Positions 18,069-27,400 of a stretch of 32,000 bases of DNA are shown piece by piece. A program made the position numbers and the translations under genes. Every line of letters begins with the position of its first letter. Position 1 is the first letter of the stretch. The notes below the pieces were generated by a model, which searched no databases, was not told where the DNA came from, and saw nothing but the letters and a program-made list of their open reading frames with translations. The stretch is from Cylindrospermopsis raciborskii Cr2010 (GTDB lineage: Bacteria; Cyanobacteriota; Cyanobacteriia; Cyanobacteriales; Nostocaceae), in the NCBI RefSeq assembly GCF_003367075.2, contig NZ_CP065936.1:210001-242000 (forward strand), in the 5' to 3' direction.

Positions 18069-20561
18069 CTAGGTCAAAATTGCCCCTTCCATTAAACGCT
18101 TATACCTGTACTGTAACTCATCCTTCATCAATGGCCAACGCTCTAAACTAACATCCATGTCAATCACCCTTTCCGCTGCTTGTCGCGCTAACAGCAATAC
18201 TTCCTCGTCTTCCACTAAACTAGCAAGAGTAAAATCTGCCACTCCAGATTGACGAGTTCCCATGACCTCTCCTGGACCGCGAAAGCGCATATCCATTTCA
18301 GAAATAAAAAACCCATCTTGTGACTGCTCTAAAACCTTCAATCGTTGTTGAGCATCCGGGTTTCTGGAACTACTCATTAAGAGACAATAGGACTGGGCCA
18401 CACCTCTACCCACACGTCCCCGCAGTTGGTGTAACTGGGACAGTCCAAATCTCTCCGCATGTTCAATTAACATCACAGTAGCATTAGGTACGTCTACCCC
18501 TACTTCTACCACAGTAGTAGAAACCAAAATTTGGGTTTGGTTATCTCGGAACTTATTAATAGCTTCTTCTTTTTCTGTGGAAGTCATTTTTCCATGCAAT
18601 AATCCCACTTGAAAAGTGGGGAAAACAGTTTCTTGTAATTTTTGATATTCATCTATAGCTGAACGTAAATCTAATTTTTCTGACTCTTCTACCAGGGGTA
18701 AAACTACATATACTTGTCTACCTTGGGCAATTTCTCTTCTAATTAAATCGTAAGCTTGTGGTCTTTGATGACCTGTGAGGAGAGAAGTTTTGATTTGTTG
18801 TCTTCCTGGTGGTAACTCATCAATTTGACTTACATCCAAATCTCCATGTACTGTTAATGCTAAAGTTCTAGGAATGGGTGTAGCAGTCATGGTTAGGACG
18901 TGAGGTTGTTCCCCTTTTTGTTGTAATTTAGCCCTTTGTTCTACGCCAAATCGGTGCTGTTCATCAATCACGACTAGACCTAAACGGTGAAATTTCACCT
19001 TGTCTTGAATTAAAGCATGGGTTCCCACCAGAAGAGGTAATTCTCCCGTTTCTAATTGGGAGTGAATTTCTCTTCTTTTGCTAGTTTTAGTAGAGCCAGT
19101 TAGTAATTCTACTGGTAAGTGCAAAAGATTAAACCAAGTTACTAATTTACGATAATGTTGTTCTGCTAATACTTCTGTAGGTGCCATTAAGGCTGCTTGA
19201 TAACCTGATTGAATGGCTGTTAAAATGGCAACTACAGCAACAACAGTTTTACCTGAACCTACATCGCCTTGTACCAAACGATTCATGGGTATGGGCTTTT
19301 GTAAGTCATTTAGGATATCATTAATCACTCTTTGTTGGGCGTTAGTAAATTTAAAAGGTAAAATTTCATGAAATTGATCCAATAATTTGCCACTAGGTGC
19401 AAGAATAGCACTAGCTTGGTTAGCTTTAGCTTGTTTTTGCCTTTGTAATAAACCTACTTGTAAGTAGAAAAATTCATCAAATACTAACCTTCTCCTAGCC
19501 ATTTTCAAGGTGTCACTATCTTGGGGAAAATGAATGTTAGGAATTGCCTGTTTTAATTCAATTAAGTTGTATTTTTTACGTAGACCAGGTGGTAAAGGAT
19601 CTTGCAAACTTTTGGCAGATGGCAAAACTGCCATTACTGCTTGTCTGACTGCGTTAGCAACCACACCCTCTGTTAAACTATAAATTGGTACAACCCTACC
19701 AATGGTGAAAGAGTCTATAGCATCACCGGAATTGGCTAACACTTCTATTTCTGGATTATCTAATGTTAGTCCATATCTACTAGGCTTGACTAAACCACAA
19801 GCTGCAACCAAAGTACCAGGCGTATAACGTCGCTTCAAACTTTCTTGCCAACCTTTGCTACTAAAGCGGGAACCAGCGTAAAATCTACTAACCTTTAATT
19901 GTCCAGTTTGGTCTTTTAATATCAGTTCTAAAATTGACAATTTCTGATTTTTAGGACTGGTAAAACAATTACAACGTCTGACCTCCCCAATGATGGTTAC
20001 GGTTTCACCTCCTTGTAATTCTCGAATATTTACCTGACGTGCATAATCAATATAATCCCGTGGGTAATAAAACAGCAGATCTCTCACAGTTAGCAATTCT
20101 AACCGATACAGATTTTCAGCTCTTTTGATGCCAATTTCGGGTAAATCACGAAGTTTTTGATCGATTTTTGGAGCTGGTTTCTGGTTAACTTCATTCACAA
20201 TGGGAGTGGTTTTCACCAATCTGGTGGTAGTTGGTTGATTTTCCCATGGAGATGATTCCATATCTGGTTGAGATTGTAATCGGTGTTGTAACTGACCCAG
20301 ATAGGTTCCTAAGTCTTTGACTAGTTTCTCTCGAATTTCTATGGCTAAATGGGGATATTGGATAAATTGGGAGGTTATATAATCCCAATGTAATTTCTCT
20401 TCCCCTGGTAAACCCTGTGGAAACTGGCTAAAGGTTAAACTAATAAATTCACTAAAGCGGTATTGTTTACCTACCAAATCCCCAAAACCGGAATCGGCTT
20501 CTATTGATAATGCCTTATATATTCTTATCCAGTCAGGTGTTTGATTAGTCATAGTTATCAA
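18069..20561 (-). CDS. recG: ATP-dependent DNA helicase RecG
   Basis: 830 aa. LPEIGIKRAENLYRLELLTVRDLLFYYPRDYIDY (wedge/HhH region), QGDVGSGKTVVA, DEQHRFGVEQR, TATPIPRTLALT, HGKMTSTEKEE, RFGLSQLHQLRGRVGRG. Confidence 0.96.
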   Translation of the reverse strand: MITMTNQTPDWIRIYKALSIEADSGFGDLVGKQYRFSEFISLTFSQFPQGLPGEEKLHWDYITSQFIQYPHLAIEIREKLVKDLGTYLGQLQHRLQSQPDMESSPWENQPTTTRLVKTTPIVNEVNQKPAPKIDQKLRDLPEIGIKRAENLYRLELLTVRDLLFYYPRDYIDYARQVNIRELQGGETVTIIGEVRRCNCFTSPKNQKLSILELILKDQTGQLKVSRFYAGSRFSSKGWQESLKRRYTPGTLVAACGLVKPSRYGLTLDNPEIEVLANSGDAIDSFTIGRVVPIYSLTEGVVANAVRQAVMAVLPSAKSLQDPLPPGLRKKYNLIELKQAIPNIHFPQDSDTLKMARRRLVFDEFFYLQVGLLQRQKQAKANQASAILAPSGKLLDQFHEILPFKFTNAQQRVINDILNDLQKPIPMNRLVQGDVGSGKTVVAVVAILTAIQSGYQAALMAPTEVLAEQHYRKLVTWFNLLHLPVELLTGSTKTSKRREIHSQLETGELPLLVGTHALIQDKVKFHRLGLVVIDEQHRFGVEQRAKLQQKGEQPHVLTMTATPIPRTLALTVHGDLDVSQIDELPPGRQQIKTSLLTGHQRPQAYDLIRREIAQGRQVYVVLPLVEESEKLDLRSAIDEYQKLQETVFPTFQVGLLHGKMTSTEKEEAINKFRDNQTQILVSTTVVEVGVDVPNATVMLIEHAERFGLSQLHQLRGRVGRGVAQSYCLLMSSSRNPDAQQRLKVLEQSQDGFFISEMDMRFRGPGEVMGTRQSGVADFTLASLVEDEEVLLLARQAAERVIDMDVSLERWPLMKDELQYRYKRLMEGAILT

Positions 20562-20587
20562 TTAGCTTAATTGATTCAATATCATCC

Positions 20588-21379
20588 TCAAATATCCTCA
20601 AACCAACTAGCACGCCAAGCGGATTCCGCTTGGGCTGTTTTTAATTCTTGATGTTTTTTATTATACTCCTTAGCTAAGTTGTTAATTTGCAGCAAAATAA
20701 CACGAATTTGCTTTCTCTTTTCTAATAGTTTCTGATCGGCAAATTCAACATCTCCCAATCGCAAATTGACGGTGACTAACTGGGTGAAGGTGGAATCTTC
20801 CGATTCTTTTTCATTAGTAATTTCTATGACCAAGTTTAACAAATTTGGTGGTCCTGCTATTACTTCTGTGGTTGCTTCTGAAGCTGCTGCTGCTAAAATC
20901 GGTTCTGGTAATTTCTTGGGTAAAAGTCCTGCTTTTTGCAGCAGCAGGTTAGCTTCTAAGGAAACTGTCTTTAGTGTGTTTTGTATCCCCTCTTCTACAT
21001 TGCGATGCCATTGTACCACTTCCATGGGATTAGAAAAATCTAAGGATTCTACCTGGGGAACCTGTGGATTTTCCGTATTTTCCATATTCTCTGGTTTGTT
21101 TATTTCTAAGTAACCCAGTAGTTGTTGGGCAGCTTTTCTTCCCAGTTGACGGGCACTTTGTTGTAGTTGTTGACGTTTGTTAAGGGATAGATGTAAGAAC
21201 TTCTCTGGATATCCGTGAGTACATAAATGGTAAACAGCTAAAATTAATTGTTTGTGTATGGATTCTCCTAATTGAACTAGATAATCACCATAATTTTTTT
21301 GCAGTTCTGTTGCTACAGAACTAAAGTTTTGTTTTAAGTTGTGGATGTCTTCTTCTATTCGCTCTACTGGTCTTGTCAT
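20588..21379 (-). CDS. Conserved cyanobacterial protein of unknown function
   Basis: 263-aa helix-rich ORF between tsf and recG, same strand as both. No catalytic motif recognised. Confidence 0.65.
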   Translation of the reverse strand: MTRPVERIEEDIHNLKQNFSSVATELQKNYGDYLVQLGESIHKQLILAVYHLCTHGYPEKFLHLSLNKRQQLQQSARQLGRKAAQQLLGYLEINKPENMENTENPQVPQVESLDFSNPMEVVQWHRNVEEGIQNTLKTVSLEANLLLQKAGLLPKKLPEPILAAAASEATTEVIAGPPNLLNLVIEITNEKESEDSTFTQLVTVNLRLGDVEFADQKLLEKRKQIRVILLQINNLAKEYNKKHQELKTAQAESAWRASWFEDI

Positions 21380-21410
21380 ACATATAATAAGTCATAATAA
21401 ATTTGAGCCA

Positions 21411-21432
21411 CCCCCCGGATCAATCCGGGAGG
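21411..21432 (-). terminator. GC-rich hairpin downstream of tsf
   Basis: Plus strand CCCCCCGGAT-CA-ATCCGGGAGG lies 25-46 nt past the tsf stop. Strong stem, no clear U-tract on the minus-strand transcript. Confidence 0.5.
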
Positions 21433-21456
21433 TTTCAATCTATCCTAACAACCAAC

Positions 21457-22398
21457 TCACTTAGCGCCAATTTGAGCAGCTACTTCTTCCGCAAAGTTGC
21501 TTTCTTGCTTTTCAATGCCTTCACCTAAGATATAACGCACAAACTGATGTACTTTAATTGGCTCTGACACTTTTGATTCCACTTGCTTGATTAGTTCCGC
21601 CACGGAAATATTTTGATCCCGGATATAAGGCTGATCTAACAAGGTCATTTCTTTCAGACGTTTGTCAATTCTTCCTTGGACAATCTTTTCTTTAATGTTG
21701 GCTGGTTTATTGCCTAGATCTTCCTTACCCATTTCAATCTCTTTTTCCTTTTCGACAACCTGGTCAGGAATTTTATCCACACTTACATATTCAACATTGG
21801 GACAAGCTGCTACCTGCATGGCAGTATTCTTAGCCAGGCTTTGCAATTCTTCGTTTTTTGCAGCGGTTTCTGTGTCAACACCAATGGAAACTAACACACC
21901 TACTCTACCACCAGTGTGAATATATCCATCTATTGCTCCCGGTGCACCTTCCAAAGAAAAATTCACAAAACGACGCACCTGAATATTTTCACCCAAGGTA
22001 GCAATGGTTTCCTTTATATACTCATCTACCGTCACATCGGTCTTTTCAATGTACGGTTGGTCCAGCAAAGAGGCCACATTGTCAGCATTTACCGCCTGTT
22101 TAGCTAAATTCTTAACTAATAACTTAAAAGCGTCATTCCTAGCTACAAAATCTGTTTGGCAGTTAACTTCTATTATCACTCCCCCACTCTTATCCGGTGT
22201 AGTGTAGATGTCTACTAACCCTTCTGCAGTCACGCGATCGCTTTTCTTCCCTGCTGAAGCAATACCTTTTTTCCTTAGCCAATCTATAGCTTCGTCTATA
22301 TTGCCCTGAGTTTCATTTAGAGCTTTTTTACAGTCCATCATGCCTGCACCAGTTTTCTGGCGTAGATCTTGCACGAGTTTTGCTGATATTTCTGCCAT
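21457..22398 (-). CDS. tsf: Translation elongation factor Ts
   Basis: 313 aa. [64 protein letters not shown]. Confidence 0.97.
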   Translation of the reverse strand: MAEISAKLVQDLRQKTGAGMMDCKKALNETQGNIDEAIDWLRKKGIASAGKKSDRVTAEGLVDIYTTPDKSGGVIIEVNCQTDFVARNDAFKLLVKNLAKQAVNADNVASLLDQPYIEKTDVTVDEYIKETIATLGENIQVRRFVNFSLEGAPGAIDGYIHTGGRVGVLVSIGVDTETAAKNEELQSLAKNTAMQVAACPNVEYVSVDKIPDQVVEKEKEIEMGKEDLGNKPANIKEKIVQGRIDKRLKEMTLLDQPYIRDQNISVAELIKQVESKVSEPIKVHQFVRYILGEGIEKQESNFAEEVAAQIGAK

Positions 22399-22531
22399 GT
22401 TTCCTCAATTTTGTTGCGATTGAATACTTAGTTAATTACGTTGTTAATTGTCACGACAAGAGTTACCAGGTTGATAAATTTTGGGATTATGGGATCAAGT
22501 GATCTACCTGATCCCAAACTCTCAATTTTTA

Positions 22532-23323
22532 TTATTCTTCATCATCGTCATCTGAGAAAGAGTCTACAAACTCCGATTCATCGTATTCGTAATCTTCCTC
22601 AGCACTTTCGTACTCTTCATAATCAGATTCTACTTCTAGTTGACCATGACGACCTTCATAAATGGCATCTGCCAATTTGCCTACAATCAGCTTAATAGAG
22701 CGAATAGCATCATCATTGGCTGGAATAGGAATATCTACGGTATCTGGATCACAATTGGTATCCAGCATGGAAACAATGGGAATACTCAGTTTTTGACATT
22801 CCTGAACAGCATTATACTCCCGTCGTTGGTCAACAATTATCACCACGTCGGGTACTTTTCGCATGTTCTTAATGCCACCCAGGTATTTTTGTAACTTAGA
22901 CATTTCTCGCCTCAGCATTGATGCTTCTTTCTTTGGCAATAAATCTAAGGCACCATTTTCTTCTCGTCGTTCTAAATCTTTTAGACGGTCTGCTCTGGTT
23001 TTAATCGTTGCCCAGTTGGTGAGCATTCCACCTAACCAACGCTGGTTAATATAGTGAGAACCACAACGGTTAGCTTCTTGGGCAATAATCCCTGCTGCTT
23101 GTCTTTTTGTGCCTACAAACAGGAACTTTTTTCCTTGCTCTGCTTGACTTCGCATATAATTGTATGCATCATCCATCAACTGTGCTGTTTGCACTAAGTC
23201 AATGATATGTACTCCATTGCGAGCAGTGTATATGTAGGGAGACATTTTGGGGTTCCAACGTCTGGTTTGATGACCAAAGTGAACTCCTGACTCCATCATT
23301 TGAGCCAAAGAAACTACGGGCAT
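22532..23323 (-). CDS. rpsB: 30S ribosomal protein S2
   Basis: 263 aa. [91 protein letters not shown]; acidic C-terminal tail. Followed by tsf, the classic order. Confidence 0.98.
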   Translation of the reverse strand: MPVVSLAQMMESGVHFGHQTRRWNPKMSPYIYTARNGVHIIDLVQTAQLMDDAYNYMRSQAEQGKKFLFVGTKRQAAGIIAQEANRCGSHYINQRWLGGMLTNWATIKTRADRLKDLERREENGALDLLPKKEASMLRREMSKLQKYLGGIKNMRKVPDVVIIVDQRREYNAVQECQKLSIPIVSMLDTNCDPDTVDIPIPANDDAIRSIKLIVGKLADAIYEGRHGQLEVESDYEEYESAEEDYEYDESEFVDSFSDDDDEE

Positions 23324-23330
23324 ATTTAAT

Positions 23331-23398
23331 CACTCCTATTCGGGTTAAACCTCCATCCAGGCGTATTTCTACAGCGGAAACACCCGAATCCCTGGATG
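23331..23398 (-). promoter_or_regulatory. Candidate rpsB 5' leader pseudoknot (possible S2 autoregulatory element)
   Basis: On the minus-strand mRNA: CATCCAGG-G-ATTCGGGT-(20 nt)-CCTGGATG-GAGGTTTA-ACCCGAAT-AGGAGTG-ATTAAAT-ATG. Two perfect 8-bp pairings are interleaved, and the last arm abuts the Shine-Dalgarno. Confidence 0.55.
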
Positions 23399-23588
23399 TG
23401 CGGAATTTAATGAACTAATCTAGGATAGCAGAATCTTGGCCAATTGTGCCACTCCTGGCGGGGAATTCCAACAATTTTCATTTTTAAAAATAGGATACCT
23501 AGAAGAATTCTTCCCACTTCCCAAAAATATGACGGAAATTATGATACTATCTTGAGCGGATAGTGTTTTTACATTAGGGCCTAATAAT

Positions 23589-24383
23589 GTGTGTGCAAAA
23601 TTCCTATTTGTCAGTGATCTAGACCATACCTTAGTAGGTAATGACCTAGCTATGGTAAAGCTTTTGGACGATTTACAACTCCATCGCAGTCAACATGGTA
23701 CAAAAATTGTCTACTCCACAGGGCGATCGCTTCACTTGTATCAAGAACTCCAAGAATCTCAAAAAAGGAAACAAAGGGAATTAATCAAACCGGACATTTT
23801 GGTTTGTGCAGTGGGTACAGAAATATACCACTGTAATAGTAAGGAGGAACTAGTTCTAGACCAGGAGTGGTCTAAGCATCTGTCTTATAATTGGGACAGG
23901 GAATTGGTAGCCACAACAGCAGCCAATTTTCCCAGCTTAAAACCCCAACCAGAAAGCGAACAGAGACCGTTTAAGGTCAGCTATTTTGTCCGAGAAGAAA
24001 AAGCTGTGCAAATTGCCTTAGAGTTAGAAAACTTGTTAGTCAAAGAAGCCAAAGTAGAAATTCAAATTATTTGTAGTCATAGTGACCATAAAGAATACAA
24101 TAGAAATCTAGACATTTTACCAAGTTCAGCAAACAAAGGTATGGCTATGACCTTTGTGCGAGAAAAGTTGGCAATAGATGTAGAAAAAACCGTTGCCTGT
24201 GGTGATTCTGGTAATGATATTGCCCTGTTTGATAACAGGCAAGAAAAAGGCATTATTGTTGGCAATGCCCAACGGGAATTACTAGATTGGCATCATAATA
24301 ATCCCAACCCCAACCGTTACTTGGCAAAAACTAATTTTGCCGATGGTATTGCTGAGGGTTTACGGTATTTTAGTCTGCTTTAG
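23589..24383 (+). CDS. Sucrose-phosphate phosphatase-like HAD hydrolase
   Basis: 264 aa. FLFVSDLDHTLVGND (HAD motif I), YSTGRSLHLYQEL, AVGTEIYH, KVSYFVREEKAVQIALEL, VACGDSGNDIALFD, GIIVGNAQREL. GTG start, with the exact base taken from the supplied ORF track. Confidence 0.85.
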   Translation: MCAKFLFVSDLDHTLVGNDLAMVKLLDDLQLHRSQHGTKIVYSTGRSLHLYQELQESQKRKQRELIKPDILVCAVGTEIYHCNSKEELVLDQEWSKHLSYNWDRELVATTAANFPSLKPQPESEQRPFKVSYFVREEKAVQIALELENLLVKEAKVEIQIICSHSDHKEYNRNLDILPSSANKGMAMTFVREKLAIDVEKTVACGDSGNDIALFDNRQEKGIIVGNAQRELLDWHHNNPNPNRYLAKTNFADGIAEGLRYFSLL

Positions 24384-24438
24384 TCCTTGTCAAATTTTGC
24401 AGCTCTACCCCAATAAATCCAATAACATCTAAACTAAT

Positions 24439-27400
24439 ATGACCGATCACAGATCTTCAACAAAAAACAAACAAGCCGATCTTCTTGAAACCTACCTAAA
24501 GTTGTCTCCTGCTTATCAGAACATCCTGCAAGTATTATCCATAATTTATGAAAAAATAGACAAAAGTTCTATTTTACCCTGTTTGGTTAGTGCTAGTTTA
24601 TCCGACGAGAGAAATGTTCCATGGAATACTAGATCTCTCAATCGCCAGATTGATAGCTTAGCACAGCAGGATCTCGTGGTGCAAGGACCCAAAGGTATTG
24701 TTGAATGCCATCCTCTGATTAAAGAAGGTGTGATTCGTCATGCCATAGAAACGGAAATTTTTGAAATATTGGTTACAGCTATAGAGGAGAAACTACCAAT
24801 TCGTAACGCCTATATAAAGGGTAGGAGAAATTTTACCAACTTGCACCAGTGTGTTAGAGAAATTCGTATTGGTATCTATCGTGGGGACACGGATTTTGTC
24901 TATAAACAAATTGATGACTATCATCATCTAAAAGGTGAATACGAATCTACAAAAAAACTGATTAGTTATGTATCAGAGGAAGTGTGCAACAATCCTTTTG
25001 ATCCCACGTGGTTTGTTAAGTTACCACCAGAACTATATGAGATCTTCATGACCAATATTCTGTTTAATTCAGTACTAAATTTATCTAATTGTCAAGAGGT
25101 TTTTTCTCTCTTAGAAGAGGAGTGTGAGAATTCGGGTAAACACTCCTCGAATCATACCTATTCAATACTAATAGAGCAATTTTTGCTCAGGGCTTGTACA
25201 GAAGAAGCAGAAGAAAGTTTAAAAGATATGACGGATATTTCCATTGGTCAGAAAAATGGTTTTTGGGGTTGGTTAAGTTTCCTGCAAGGAAAAAATGATC
25301 AAGCCATCCAATACTATTCCGATGGATTGGAAACTCAACGGAAAATGATTGGCAAACGCCAAGTATATTTCAATTCCATAACGGGATTATTCTTTATTCT
25401 AGCCCTGCTAAAGGAGGGTTCACCAAAATCTCTGAGCAAAGCAGAGGAGTATGCAAATCTACTGAGTCAGTCAAGTAATTTTCTGAGTTTAATTTATAAA
25501 AACCTAACCGTCGTACTGCAAGTTCATCAAGGCAATATCAATGCCAAAAAAACCTTACTCCAAGAAGCAAATTTTGCATCCCTGAAGGGAAAAAACAGTT
25601 TAGAGTTACTATTCTACTCACTATGTATCTACTGGCTAGATATTGAAGTTGCCAGAAAGCTTCTACCCAAGGTATTACAAAAATTATACAGCAGTGCTGT
25701 CTTTGCTGGTTATCACTGGTTAGCCATAGAAGCGGCAAATTTGTTAGCTCGAATTGACCCTAATAGTAATTACCAAATAAGAGCACAAACTCTACAGGAA
25801 TACACCAATATTCAAACCATAGTAGATATATTACAACCCCAGGAAGAATGGGAGATTCGCCTACAAGCTTTGGCTGGGATGCAAAAAGAATCCCAGACTA
25901 TCAACCAATCGGACACAGGAACCCGTTTAGTCTGGCTAGTAAAATTTGATTCTGGCAAATGTTCTTTACAACCCAAGGAACAGAAAAATAGTGTGAAGGG
26001 AGAATGGAGTAAAGGTCGTCAAATCGCCTTGAAACGGTTGAGTACAAACTTATCAGAGCTAAACTACATCACGCTCCAAGATGTAAAAGTCTGTAGCTGT
26101 ATTGAAGCCTCTAATTATAGAATTTCCTACAATAAACCTGAGTATCAGTTCAACGAAAGGGCAATTTTAGCTTTAATTGGACATCCCCTAGTATTTTGGG
26201 AAGATGCTCCTAATATTCGGGTAGAAATAGTAAAAGGAGAGATGGAATTTTTAGTAAAAAAAGATGATCAAGATCATTTAACCATAGAATTATCACCCAA
26301 AATAACAACTGACAATATTACTTGTATCAAGGAAACTCCCACCCGCATTAAAGTCATTGAAATTACACCCGAACATAGGCGCATGGGAGAGATTTTGGGT
26401 TATGAAAATAAGTTGACTGTTCCTAGAATGGCGGAGAAAAAGATTTTGGCAGCTATCAATGCTGTTTCTGGGATTGTCACTGTTCATTCTGATATTGGTG
26501 AGAATGTGGAGGGTATAGAAGAATTACCCGCTCAAACCCTACCATACGTTCATTTATTACCCACTAATACGGGTTTAAAGGTTAGCCTGCTATCACATCC
26601 CTTTACTGAAGGTGGACCATACTTTCATCCGGGTATTGGTGGAGAGAGGGTAATTGCTGAAATAGGTGGCAAACGTTTACAAACCAGACGTAATTTATCT
26701 CAAGAAAAGGAACTGTCCCAACATGTTATTCACAACTGTCCTACTTTAATAAGTGTTAACGAACAAGGGAGTGAATGGGTAATAGAAGACCCAGATAACT
26801 GTTTGGAACTGCTACTGGAATTACAAGCATTAAAGGATAAGATAGTTGTAGAATGGCCTCAAGGTGAAAAAATGCGTGTTAGCTATCATGCTGACTTGAA
26901 AGACTTTAACCTATCCATTGAACGCCAAAAAGATTGGTTTGCTGCAACTGGTGAATTGAAATTGAGCGAAGACCTAGTTTTGGATATGGAGCAACTGTTA
27001 CAATTACTTGAGAAAACCCCTGGTCGGTTTATTCCCATGGGTGATGGTGAATTTTTAGCGTTAAGTGAAGTATTTCGTAAACAACTAGACGAGCTACAAC
27101 TTTTTTCAGAAAAACATGGTAAGAAACTGATGTTTCATCCTCTAGCTGCATCTAACCTAGAAGAATTTGTGGATAATGTAGGTAATCTGAAAGCAGATAA
27201 ACATTGGAAACAGCATATCAGCCGTCTTAAAGAAGTGCAAAGCCTGCAACCAGAACTACCGTCAACATTTCAAGCAGAACTGCGAGACTATCAGATGGAA
27301 GGTTTTTGCTGGTTAGCACGATTAGCTCATTGGGGTGTGGGAGCTTGTTTGGCTGACCAAATGGGACTGGGCAAAACGGTACAAGCATTAGCTGTTATTA

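Noticed and set aside
21696-22090. Internal duplication within EF-Ts ([20 protein letters not shown]... / [20 protein letters not shown]...)
   Set aside because: This appears to be the normal two-subdomain pseudo-repeat of full-length EF-Ts rather than a new feature.
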